A stretch of DNA of 24,000 nt from Acidimicrobiales bacterium (GTDB taxonomy: Bacteria > Actinomycetota > Acidimicrobiia > Acidimicrobiales > RAAP-2). Both the position numbers and the translations under genes were made by a program. This document shows, piece by piece, positions 13,677 to 21,360 of the stretch. The DNA is taken from positions 18,152-42,151 of the forward strand of contig JBOGGE010000002.1 in NCBI GenBank assembly GCA_050743865.1, read 5' to 3'. Positions within the stretch are counted from its first letter, which is position 1, and every line of letters starts with the position of its first letter. Under the pieces are notes generated by a model. That model was not told the DNA's origin. It saw nothing but the letters and a program-made list of their open reading frames with translations, and made no database searches.

Positions 13677-16051
13677 CGGCGTCGATCACCGACGGTGTGC
13701 CGGTCCGGCACCGGCTCCGGGTGACCGGAGTGGTCCAGGGAGTCGGCTTTCGTCCCTTCGTCCACTCGCTGGCCGGCCGGCTCGAGCTCGCCGGCCGCGT
13801 CGGCAACGACAGCGAAGGGGTGCTCGTCGAGGTCGAGGGTCCCGCCGGGGCCGTCGAACGCTTCGAGTCGCTGCTGGTCGACGAGGCACCACCCCTGGCC
13901 CGGATCGAAGCCGTCGAGTGCAGCGCGGTCGACCCGCTCTCCGAGCCCGGCTTCCGGATCGAGACCAGCCGGTCCACCGGAGCGGTCCGCACCTTCGTGT
14001 CGCCCGACGTCGCCGTGTGCGGCGAATGTCTGGCCGAGCTCTTTGCACCCGCCGACCGCCGGTACCGCTACCCGTTCATCAACTGCACCAACTGCGGACC
14101 GCGCTTTACCATCACCGTCAGGCTCCCCTACGACCGGCCCAACACGACCATGGCCGGCTTCCCGCTGTGCCCGGCGTGCGCCGCCGAGTACCAGGACCCG
14201 AGCGACCGCCGGTTCCACGCCCAGCCGGTCGCTTGCCAGATCTGCGGCCCCCACCTGTCCTTCGACGGGCCGACCGGGACGGTCGAAGGCACCGACGCCT
14301 CCATCGCCGCCACCCAGCACCTGCTGGGCCGGGGAGGCATCGTGGCGGTGAAGGGGCTCGGCGGCTACCACCTGGCCTGCGACGCCACCTCGGACGCCGG
14401 CGTCGACGAGCTCCGCCGCCGCAAGGCACGGACCGACAAGCCGTTCGCCGTGATGGTGGCCGACCTGGCCGCCGCCCGTCGCCTGGCCCACCTCGATCCC
14501 GCCGAGGAGATGGTCCTGGCCGGCGTCGAGCGCCCGATCGTGCTGCTGCGCCGGCGCGCCGAGAGCTGCCTGTCGCCCCTGGTGGCGCCGGGTAGTCCCT
14601 GGGTCGGGGTCCTCCTGGCCTACACCCCCGTCCACCACCTCCTCTTCCACGAGGTCCCGGGGGCCGGCTCCCCGGTCCCAGAGGTGCTGGTGATGACCAG
14701 CGGCAACCTGAGCGAGGAGCCGATCTGCTACGACGACGACGACGCCCGCCGGCGGCTCGGCAGCATCGCCGAGGGCTGGCTGGTCGGCAACCGGCCCATC
14801 CACGTGCCCTGCGACGACTCGGTGGTCCGGGTCGAGTCCGGGGTGGAGCTGCCCATCCGCCGCTCGAGGGGGTACGCACCTCTGCCGGTGCGTCTCCCCT
14901 TCCCCGCCGCCCCGCTGCTCGCCGTCGGAGGGGAGCTCAAGAACACCTTCTGCCTGGCTTCCGGCCGCGACGCCTGGATGAGCCAGCACCTCGGCGACAT
15001 GGGCAGCGTGGAGACCCTGACCGCGTTCGAGCGCTCCTGGCGGCAGTTCGCAGAGATCTACTGCATCGACCCGGTAGCCGCCGTCGCCGACACCCACCCT
15101 GGCTACCAGACCCGCCGGTGGGCCGAATCGGGCTCGGGCCGGCCGGCGGTGACCGTGCAGCACCACCACGCCCACATCGCCTCGGTGATGGCCGAGCATC
15201 AGATCCCCGAGGGAGAGCAGGTGATCGGGTACGCCTTCGACGGCACCGGCTACGGGACCGACGGGGCGATCTGGGGCGGGGAGGTGCTCGTCGCCGGCTA
15301 CGACCGGTTCGAACGGGCGACCCACCTCCGGTACGTCCCGTTGCCCGGCGGCGACGCCGCCGTCCGCAAGCCCTACCGGGCGGCTCTGTCCCACCTGCGG
15401 GCGGCCGGGATTGCCTGGAGCCGGGATCTGGCGCCGGTGGCCGCCGCCCCGCCCGGCGAGCTGGCGGCCCTCGAGCACCAACTCGAGCACAACGTGCGCT
15501 GCGTCCCCACCTCCAGCATGGGGCGGCTCTTCGACACCGTCAGTTCGCTCCTCGGTCTTCGCCAGGTCGTCTCCTACGAGGCCCAGGCGGCGATCGATCT
15601 CGAGACTGCGGCCGCCGCCCACACCGGTCCCGCCCCCGCCTACCGGTTCGGGATCGAGGGACGCGAGCTGGATCCGGCCGCCATGCTGGTGAGCATCGTC
15701 GGCGACCTCCGCGCCGGGTGCCCGACCGGCGCCATTGCCGCCGGCTTCCACCGAGCGGTGGCCGGACTGGTCGGGGAGACGGCTGAACGGGAACGCCGGC
15801 GCACGGGGATCAATCGGGTGGCACTCAGCGGCGGGGTGTTCCAAAACACGCTGGTGGTGCGACTGGTACGCGCCGAGCTGGCCCAGCGGGGCCTCGCCGT
15901 CCTCACCCACCGGGTCGTTCCCCCCAACGACGGCGGTCTCGCTCTCGGGCAGGCAGCGGTGGCCGCCAGTTCGATACGGGCGGCGGCGGCGCTGCGAACA
16001 GAGGCGTCGGCGGTGGCACCGACGTCGACGTCGACGTCGAAGGAGGCATAG
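13673..16051 (+). CDS. hypF: Carbamoyltransferase HypF
   Basis: ATG 13673 is an ATGA overlap. The acylphosphatase domain is RVTGVVQGVGFRPFV. There are two zinc-finger pairs (CGECLAEL...YPFINCTNCGPRFT and CPACAAEYQDPSDRRFHAQPVACQICGP). YrdC-like (VAVKGLGGYHLACDA) and Kae1-like C-terminal domains are present. Confidence 0.95.
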   Translation: MTASITDGVPVRHRLRVTGVVQGVGFRPFVHSLAGRLELAGRVGNDSEGVLVEVEGPAGAVERFESLLVDEAPPLARIEAVECSAVDPLSEPGFRIETSRSTGAVRTFVSPDVAVCGECLAELFAPADRRYRYPFINCTNCGPRFTITVRLPYDRPNTTMAGFPLCPACAAEYQDPSDRRFHAQPVACQICGPHLSFDGPTGTVEGTDASIAATQHLLGRGGIVAVKGLGGYHLACDATSDAGVDELRRRKARTDKPFAVMVADLAAARRLAHLDPAEEMVLAGVERPIVLLRRRAESCLSPLVAPGSPWVGVLLAYTPVHHLLFHEVPGAGSPVPEVLVMTSGNLSEEPICYDDDDARRRLGSIAEGWLVGNRPIHVPCDDSVVRVESGVELPIRRSRGYAPLPVRLPFPAAPLLAVGGELKNTFCLASGRDAWMSQHLGDMGSVETLTAFERSWRQFAEIYCIDPVAAVADTHPGYQTRRWAESGSGRPAVTVQHHHAHIASVMAEHQIPEGEQVIGYAFDGTGYGTDGAIWGGEVLVAGYDRFERATHLRYVPLPGGDAAVRKPYRAALSHLRAAGIAWSRDLAPVAAAPPGELAALEHQLEHNVRCVPTSSMGRLFDTVSSLLGLRQVVSYEAQAAIDLETAAAAHTGPAPAYRFGIEGRELDPAAMLVSIVGDLRAGCPTGAIAAGFHRAVAGLVGETAERERRRTGINRVALSGGVFQNTLVVRLVRAELAQRGLAVLTHRVVPPNDGGLALGQAAVAASSIRAAAALRTEASAVAPTSTSTSKEA

Positions 16052-16779
16052 TGGCAACGATCGATCTCTCCCCGCCCGCCGGGGATGTCGCCCCGGCCGA
16101 GGACCTGGCAGTCACGGCCCTGGCGCTGGCCCGCCGGTTCGCCGCCGGCGCCACCATGTGGTGCGTGGCCCCCCGATGGCCGGCCCACGCCCGTCATCTG
16201 GCCGTCGAGTTCGTCCACCCGGTCATCATGGGGAAGCGGGCACTGCCCGCCATCCACCTCGACGGGCCCGACCCGGCCGACGGGCTGCGCCAGCTGGCCC
16301 GGGCGGGCGACGTTCTCGCCGCGGTCGGCATCGCCGACGATGCCCGTATCGCCGCTCTCATGCGCCGTTCCGAGGCCTGGGGCCTCACCCGGCTGTGGCT
16401 GGGAGCGGGCCCCCGGCCGCCGTCGGGGTTGGCCGAGCACGTCGTGTGGGCAGAGAGCGCGGACCCCACCGTCGCCGTCCGCTCGGGCGACGTCGTCATG
16501 CTCTACCACCTCCTCTGGGAGCTGACCCACGTGGTCTTCGAGCACCCCGGCCTCCTGGAGGAAGAGCCGTCCTGCACGGACGACGTGTGCACCACGTGCT
16601 CCGACGAGGGCCGGGTGGCAGAAGTGCGATCGGCCGACGGGGCCGGACGGGCCGAAGTGATAGCCGCAGGGAAGCTCGAGACGGTCGACGTCAGCCTCGT
16701 CGACCCGGTTCGGCCCGGAGACCTGCTGTTGGTCCACGCCGGCGTGGCCCTGACCTCGCTGGGCGACGGCGAGCCATGA
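16051..16779 (+). CDS. Fusion protein: degenerate SIS-like N-terminal domain + HypC/HupF-like C-terminal domain
   Basis: GTG 16051 shares one nt with the hypF TAG stop. AGGAGG lies at 16041-16046. The N-terminal half parallels the next gene's SIS fold (GATMWCVAPRW... vs GGRLFAFGNGGS...; GDVLAAVGIADDARIAALMRRSEAWGL vs GDIALGISTSGNSANLLRAFDESSRRGL) but has lost the GNGGS and STSGNS motifs. The C-terminal ~75 aa, CTDDVCTTCSDEGRVAEV...VDVSLVDPVRPGDLLLVHAGVALTSL, aligns with HypC (MCLGIPGQLV...GDWVLIHVGFAMSKI). Confidence 0.8.
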   Translation: MATIDLSPPAGDVAPAEDLAVTALALARRFAAGATMWCVAPRWPAHARHLAVEFVHPVIMGKRALPAIHLDGPDPADGLRQLARAGDVLAAVGIADDARIAALMRRSEAWGLTRLWLGAGPRPPSGLAEHVVWAESADPTVAVRSGDVVMLYHLLWELTHVVFEHPGLLEEEPSCTDDVCTTCSDEGRVAEVRSADGAGRAEVIAAGKLETVDVSLVDPVRPGDLLLVHAGVALTSLGDGEP

Positions 16780-17435
16780 CGGCCGAGCCAACCGGCTTCC
16801 TCTACCCGTTCATCGAGTCCGAGGAGCGGGACGCACCGGGCCTGGTCGCCGACCTCGCCCGATCGGCTCGGGCCAAGATGGACACCAGCCGAGCCCTCCG
16901 TGCGGCGACCATCGAGGCGTGCGCCGGCGTCGTGCACCGGGCGGGATCTGCCATGGCTGACCGGTTCCGGCAGGGAGGCAGGCTCTTCGCCTTCGGCAAC
17001 GGGGGGAGCGCAACCGACGCCGAGGGGATCGTCGATCTCTTCCTTCGCCCACCGGACGGGAGGCCGTTGCCGGCGATGTCCCTCGCCGAGGACCTTGCCG
17101 TGCTCACCGCCCTTGGCAACGACGTCGGCTTCGAGTTGGTCTTCTCGCGCCAGATCATCGCCCATGCCCGACCGGGTGACATCGCTCTCGGCATTTCCAC
17201 CAGCGGCAACTCGGCCAACCTGCTGCGGGCGTTCGACGAGTCGTCGCGGCGGGGCCTGCTGACGGCGGGGCTTGCCGGCTACGACGGGGGGTCGATGGCC
17301 TCGAGCCTCGCCGTCCACCACTGCCTGGTGGTCCGCTCCGACAGTGTGCACCGGATCCAAGAGGCCCAGAACGCCCTGGCGTTGCAGCTCTGGTCAGTCA
17401 TCCAGCACGACCTCGACGAAGGGGGCACGACATGA
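16776..17435 (+). CDS. SIS-domain protein (GmhA / phosphoheptose-isomerase-like)
   Basis: ATG 16776 is an ATGA overlap. Motifs: GGRLFAFGNGGSATDAEG, LGNDVGFELVFSRQ, GDIALGISTSGNSANLLRA, LAGYDGG. Confidence 0.85.
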   Translation: MTAEPTGFLYPFIESEERDAPGLVADLARSARAKMDTSRALRAATIEACAGVVHRAGSAMADRFRQGGRLFAFGNGGSATDAEGIVDLFLRPPDGRPLPAMSLAEDLAVLTALGNDVGFELVFSRQIIAHARPGDIALGISTSGNSANLLRAFDESSRRGLLTAGLAGYDGGSMASSLAVHHCLVVRSDSVHRIQEAQNALALQLWSVIQHDLDEGGTT

Positions 17436-18544
17436 CCGACACCGCCCGGAGGAACAGCCCGGCCGACGCCGCGGGAAAGGAGGCCGCGGTGTTGGACCGG
17501 ATCGAGGCATTCCGCCGGCGGCGGCCTCGCTTGACCGACGACGTCGTCACCCTGGCCCACGGAGCGGGCGGCAAGGCGTCGGCGGCCCTGCTCGACGCGA
17601 TCTTCCTTCCCGCATTCGCCGACGGTGCGCCGTCCGTGCAGACCGACGCAGCAGTGGTCACGCTCCCCGGGGGCGACCGGCTGGCCTTCAGCACCGACTC
17701 GTTCGTAGTGAAGCCGCTGCGCTTCCCGGGGGGATCAGCCGGTCACCTCGCCGTCCACGGCACCGTCAACGACCTGGCCATGATGGGCGCCCACCCACTG
17801 GCCCTCTCTGCCGCCTTCGTGCTGGAGGAAGGGTTGCCGATGAACGACCTGCGAGGGATCGTGGCCGACATGGCAGAGGCAGCGGCCGGGGCAGCGGTCT
17901 CCATCGTCACCGGTGACACCAAAGTGGTCGATCGGGGCGCCGCCGACGGGATGTACATCTCGACCGCCGGGGTGGGGATCGTCCCGGCGGGGCGGGAGCT
18001 GTCAGCGGCTCGGGTCGCCGCCGGCGACGTCGTCATCTCCTCGGGGATGATCGGGGACCACGGGATGGCGGTCATGCTGGCCCGGGGTGACCTGGCCCTC
18101 GACGCCGACATCACGTCCGATACGGCGCCGCTGCACGAGTTGATGGAGCGCCTCCTGGGGGCCGCCCCGTCCACCCGCTGGCTGCGCGACGCCACCCGGG
18201 GTGGGGTCGGGACGGTCTGCAACGAGCTGGCACGGGACAGCAACCTCACGGTCGTGCTGGACGAGGCGGCCCTCCCGGTCCGTCCGGCGGTGGCGGCGGC
18301 ATGCGAGTTGCTGGGCCTCGACCCGCTCTACGCCGCCAACGAGGGAAAGTTCGTGGCCGTGGTGGCGCCGGCAGAGGAGGGTGCGGCCCTCGCCGCGCTC
18401 CGACGCCATCCGTTGGGTGGCGACGCCGCCCGCATCGGCCGGATCGACGCCGAGCCGCCGGGCATCGTCGTGCTCGTCACCCCGATCGGTGGCACCCGGA
18501 TCGTCGACATGCTGGTCGGCGACCCGTTGCCGCGGATTTGCTGA
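17432..18544 (+). CDS. hypE: Hydrogenase maturation carbamoyl dehydratase HypE
   Basis: ATG 17432 is an ATGA overlap. It has the AIR-synthase-like fold (LAHGAGGKAS, HLAVHGTVNDLAMMGA). The protein ends in the diagnostic PRIC terminus. Confidence 0.95.
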   Translation: MTDTARRNSPADAAGKEAAVLDRIEAFRRRRPRLTDDVVTLAHGAGGKASAALLDAIFLPAFADGAPSVQTDAAVVTLPGGDRLAFSTDSFVVKPLRFPGGSAGHLAVHGTVNDLAMMGAHPLALSAAFVLEEGLPMNDLRGIVADMAEAAAGAAVSIVTGDTKVVDRGAADGMYISTAGVGIVPAGRELSAARVAAGDVVISSGMIGDHGMAVMLARGDLALDADITSDTAPLHELMERLLGAAPSTRWLRDATRGGVGTVCNELARDSNLTVVLDEAALPVRPAVAAACELLGLDPLYAANEGKFVAVVAPAEEGAALAALRRHPLGGDAARIGRIDAEPPGIVVLVTPIGGTRIVDMLVGDPLPRIC

Positions 18545-18558
18545 GCCGAACGTAAGGG

Positions 18559-18584
18559 CGGCCCCGTGTCGCCGGCCGGGGCCG
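18559..18584. terminator. Candidate bidirectional GC hairpin between convergent hypE and the methyltransferase gene
   Basis: CGGCCCCG (18559-18566) pairs with CGGGGCCG (18577-18584) around a 10-nt loop, starting 15 nt after the hypE stop. There is no U-tract, which is not unusual for GC-rich actinobacterial terminators, so this is tentative. Confidence 0.3.
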
Positions 18585-18681
18585 GTCCCCCACCGTCGCC
18601 CACGGCATGCCCGCTGGCGCCAGGAGGCTTGCCCGTCGCCGGCCTGGCCCCGGTGCCGGGTGACTGCTGGCGGCGGCGGCG

Positions 18682-19446
18682 CTACCAGGGAGGGGACCCG
18701 TCGGGCTCCCGGGCCGAGAGCCTCCACGAGAACAGCACGGCCGACAGCGCGGTGGCCAGGTTGAGGCTGGACACGCCCGCCTTCATCGGCAGGGCCACCC
18801 TGGCGGTGGCGAGGCGTCGCACCGCCGGTGACACGCCGTACCGCTCGCCACCGATCACCAGCACCGAGCTGACGTCGAGCCGGGCGGCGTCCAGCGGTTC
18901 CCCGTCGGGGTCGAGGACCACGACGGGCCGGCCGGCGGGCGGGGGCCCCGACACCGAGGCGACCGGCAGGGCGAACTGCAGGCCCACGGCGCTGCGGACC
19001 ACCACCGGCGACCAGGGATCCACCTTCCCCGTGACCTGGACGGCGGCGACGTCGGCGGCCGCTGCCACCCGGATGACGGCCCCCACGTTGCCCGGGTTGC
19101 GCGGCGATTCCAGATAGATCGCCGGCCGGCCGAGCCGGCCGACCGCCCAGTCGAGATCCTGGTGAGGGCGGTCGGTGATGGCGAGCAGCGGGCTGGTGAG
19201 GCTTCGGGGGCAGAGCCGGTCGAACGACGCCCGCCCGACCACCTCGACGGCGCCGTCGATGGCGCCGACCGACTCCGGCGCCAACCGGCGGGCGATGGAC
19301 AGCAGCCGATCGCGGTCGTACGTGACCGCCGTGGCCAATGCGGCACCGAAGCGCAGGGCGTGGACCGCCGGGTGCAGCCCCTCGAGCACGACGAGGGACG
19401 GGTCCCGGTAGGCGGCGTAGAAGCGGCGCGTGAGGTGGTCACCCAC
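18682..19446 (-). CDS. TrmH/SpoU-family RNA 2'-O-methyltransferase
   Basis: SpoU motifs: NPGNVGAVIRVAAAA, LVIGGERYGVS, LPMKAGVSSLNLATALSAVLF. Only the 3' third of the 756-aa track ORF is taken. The start is uncertain: in-frame GTGs occur at 19446, 19473 and 19488, and there is no ATG. Confidence 0.8.
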   Translation of the reverse strand: MGDHLTRRFYAAYRDPSLVVLEGLHPAVHALRFGAALATAVTYDRDRLLSIARRLAPESVGAIDGAVEVVGRASFDRLCPRSLTSPLLAITDRPHQDLDWAVGRLGRPAIYLESPRNPGNVGAVIRVAAAADVAAVQVTGKVDPWSPVVVRSAVGLQFALPVASVSGPPPAGRPVVVLDPDGEPLDAARLDVSSVLVIGGERYGVSPAVRRLATARVALPMKAGVSSLNLATALSAVLFSWRLSAREPDGSPPW

Positions 19447-19620
19447 CGCGCCGACCGCCGCCGCCGGGCCCACCGCGGCAAGGCCCACCGCCGCCCCTCG
19501 CGCTCCCGGGCTCGCCCATTGCCGGCAGGCTATTGCCGGCGATCGGCCTCCCCCGACGGCCGGCGGTGACGAATTGTCCCTACGGGGCTCGCCGCCGTTA
19601 GCCTGGTCGTCGGCGACCCG

Positions 19621-19667
19621 CCCGACCGCCCGACCGCCCGACCGCCCGACCGCCCGACCGCCCGACC
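19621..19667. repeat. 8-bp tandem repeat CCCGACCG, five full copies plus a 7-nt partial copy
   Basis: Read directly from the sequence. Full units run 19621-19628, 19629-19636, 19637-19644, 19645-19652 and 19653-19660, with a partial unit at 19661-19667. The array ends 4 nt before the thiolase SD GAGGAG (19671-19676) and 20 nt before ATG 19687. Confidence 0.95.
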
Positions 19668-19686
19668 AGCGAGGAGCACCGCCAAC

Positions 19687-20892
19687 ATGCCCGAAGCCGT
19701 CATCGTCGCCGCCGGTCGCACGCCCATCGGGCGAGCCGTGAAGGGATCGCTCGTCGACTGCCGGCCCGACGACCTCGGCGCCCTGGTGGTCAAGGCGGTC
19801 CTGGCGCAGGTCCCCCAGGTCGAGCCGCACGACGTCGAGGACCTCATCTGCGGGTGCGCCCAGCCGGCCGGCGAGTCGGGCTACAACCTGGCCCGGGTGG
19901 TGGCCGTCCTCTCCGGGCTGGACGACGTCCCGGGCGTGACCGTCAACCGCTACTGCTCCTCCTCGCTGCAGGCCATCCGGATGGCCGCCCACGCCATCCG
20001 GGCCGGCGAGGGCGACGTGTTCGTGGCGGCCGGGGTGGAGACGGTGAGCCGCTACAAGAACGGGGCCTCGGACATCGGCCCGCACCACGAGGCCTTCGCC
20101 GGTGCCGAGGCCCGCACCAAGGCCCGGGCGGCGGCGGTCACCGAGCCGTGGACTCCGCGAGAGGGGCTGCCCGACATCTACATCGCCATGGGCCAGACGG
20201 CCGAGAACGTCGCCGAGCTCAAGGGCGTGAGCCGCCAGGAGCAGGACGAGTTCGCTCTCATGTCCCAGACCCGGGCCGTCCAGTCGGTCGAGAACGGCTT
20301 CTTCGAGCGGGAGATCATCCCGGTCACGACCCCCGACGGCACCGTCGTGACCAGGGACGACGGCCCCCGGCCCAACACCACCCTCGAGGGGCTGGCCCAG
20401 CTCAAGCCGGTCTTCCGGGAGGGCGGCACGGTGACGGCCGGCAACGCCTGCCCGCTCAACGACGGGGCGGCGGCGGTGGTGGTGATGAGCGACACCCGTG
20501 CCCACCAGCTCGGGGTCACCCCGATCGCCCGCGTCGTGGCCAGCGGGGTCACCGCCCTCAATCCCGAGATCATGGGGCTGGGGCCGGTCGAGGCGATCCG
20601 CCAGACGTTGAAGCGGGCCGGGATGACGATCGACGACATCGACCTGGTCGAGATCAACGAGGCCTTCGCCGCCCAGATCGTCCCCTCGGCCCGCGAGCTC
20701 GGCATCGACTACGGCAAGCTGAACGTCCACGGCGGGGCCATCGCCCTGGGCCACCCGTTCGGGCAGACCGGCGCTCGCATCATGACCACCCTCCTCAACG
20801 GGCTGGAGGACGCCGGCAAGACCGTCGGCCTCGAGTCGATGTGCGTCGGCGGCGGCCAGGGGATGGCCATGATCGTCGAGCGCCTCGGCTGA
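19687..20892 (+). CDS. Acetyl-CoA C-acyltransferase (thiolase, FadA/AtoB-like)
   Basis: Thiolase motifs: VNRYCSSSLQA (active-site Cys), GNACPLNDGAAA, NVHGGAIALGHPFGQTGAR, CVGGGQGMAM. Confidence 0.93.
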   Translation: MPEAVIVAAGRTPIGRAVKGSLVDCRPDDLGALVVKAVLAQVPQVEPHDVEDLICGCAQPAGESGYNLARVVAVLSGLDDVPGVTVNRYCSSSLQAIRMAAHAIRAGEGDVFVAAGVETVSRYKNGASDIGPHHEAFAGAEARTKARAAAVTEPWTPREGLPDIYIAMGQTAENVAELKGVSRQEQDEFALMSQTRAVQSVENGFFEREIIPVTTPDGTVVTRDDGPRPNTTLEGLAQLKPVFREGGTVTAGNACPLNDGAAAVVVMSDTRAHQLGVTPIARVVASGVTALNPEIMGLGPVEAIRQTLKRAGMTIDDIDLVEINEAFAAQIVPSARELGIDYGKLNVHGGAIALGHPFGQTGARIMTTLLNGLEDAGKTVGLESMCVGGGQGMAMIVERLG

Positions 20893-20966
20893 CCCGCACC
20901 GGGCGGGCGGCCCCGCCGGCCCCCGACCCTTCGGCGCCGGGGCGGACCCCACCGGCGGCCCGACCC

Positions 20967-20994
20967 TTGACTAGTACGACTTCCGTAGTAGCCT
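20967..20994 (+). promoter_or_regulatory. Candidate promoter with an embedded operator upstream of padR
   Basis: TTGACT (20967-20972), a 16-nt spacer, then TAGCCT (20989-20994), which fits the TANNNT pattern. The spacer holds a near-perfect inverted repeat, TAGTACG-acttc-CGTAGTA (20972-20990, one mismatch). This is a locally AT-rich patch 49 nt upstream of ATG 21043. Confidence 0.4.
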
Positions 20995-21042
20995 GACGGC
21001 GACCGGCGGCATGCCGGGCGAGGTCAGGACGGCGGGGGCGGC

Positions 21043-21360
21043 ATGGCGTCGAAGCGGCTGGGGAGGACGCAGGATCCGACCATCCTGGTGCTGACCAGCC
21101 TGTCCGGGGGGCCCAAGCACGGCTACGCCCTCATCAAGGACATCGAGGCCATGGTCGGGGTGACGTTCGGGCCCGGCACCCTCTACGGCGTCCTCGGCCG
21201 GCTCGAGCAGGAGGGCCTGATCGAGCCGCTGGCCCCCGAGGGCCACCGCCGGCCGTACCGCCTGACCGCCGCCGGGGCGGCCACCCTGCGCCAGCGCCTC
21301 GAGCTCCACGCCGCCGTGGCCCGCATCGGGCTCCGGCGCCTGGGGACCCTCGGCGCATGA
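21043..21360 (+). CDS. PadR-family transcriptional regulator (short, single-domain)
   Basis: ILVLTSLSGGPKHGYALIKDIEAMVGVTFGPGTLYGVLGRLEQEGLIEP...RRPYRLTAAGAATL is a canonical PadR wHTH. Confidence 0.9.
   Translation: MASKRLGRTQDPTILVLTSLSGGPKHGYALIKDIEAMVGVTFGPGTLYGVLGRLEQEGLIEPLAPEGHRRPYRLTAAGAATLRQRLELHAAVARIGLRRLGTLGA

Noticed and set aside
16021-16040. GACGTC x3 hexamer repeat at the end of hypF.
   Set aside because: It lies within coding sequence, encoding the TSTSTS tail just before the next gene's SD. It is short and in frame, and I see no evidence of function beyond a low-complexity C-terminus.
13607-16057. 816-aa ORF on the minus strand, antisense to hypF. Similar long antisense or off-frame ORFs occur at 1335-2495, 5424-6719, 6996-7625, 7442-8449, 8949-10487, 10995-12221, 15640-16791, 21183-22028 and 23026-23991.
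   Set aside because: Their translations are Arg/Gly/Pro/Ala-rich low-complexity strings with no motifs. They lie exactly opposite, or out of frame to, genes with unmistakable family signatures. Stop-poor alternative frames are expected at this GC content.
18682-20952. 756-aa minus-strand ORF read as a single gene.
   Set aside because: Only the 3' ~255 codons carry SpoU/TrmH motifs. The upstream part runs through the 8-bp repeat and is antisense to a textbook thiolase gene. I treat it as a read-through artefact of the stop-poor frame.
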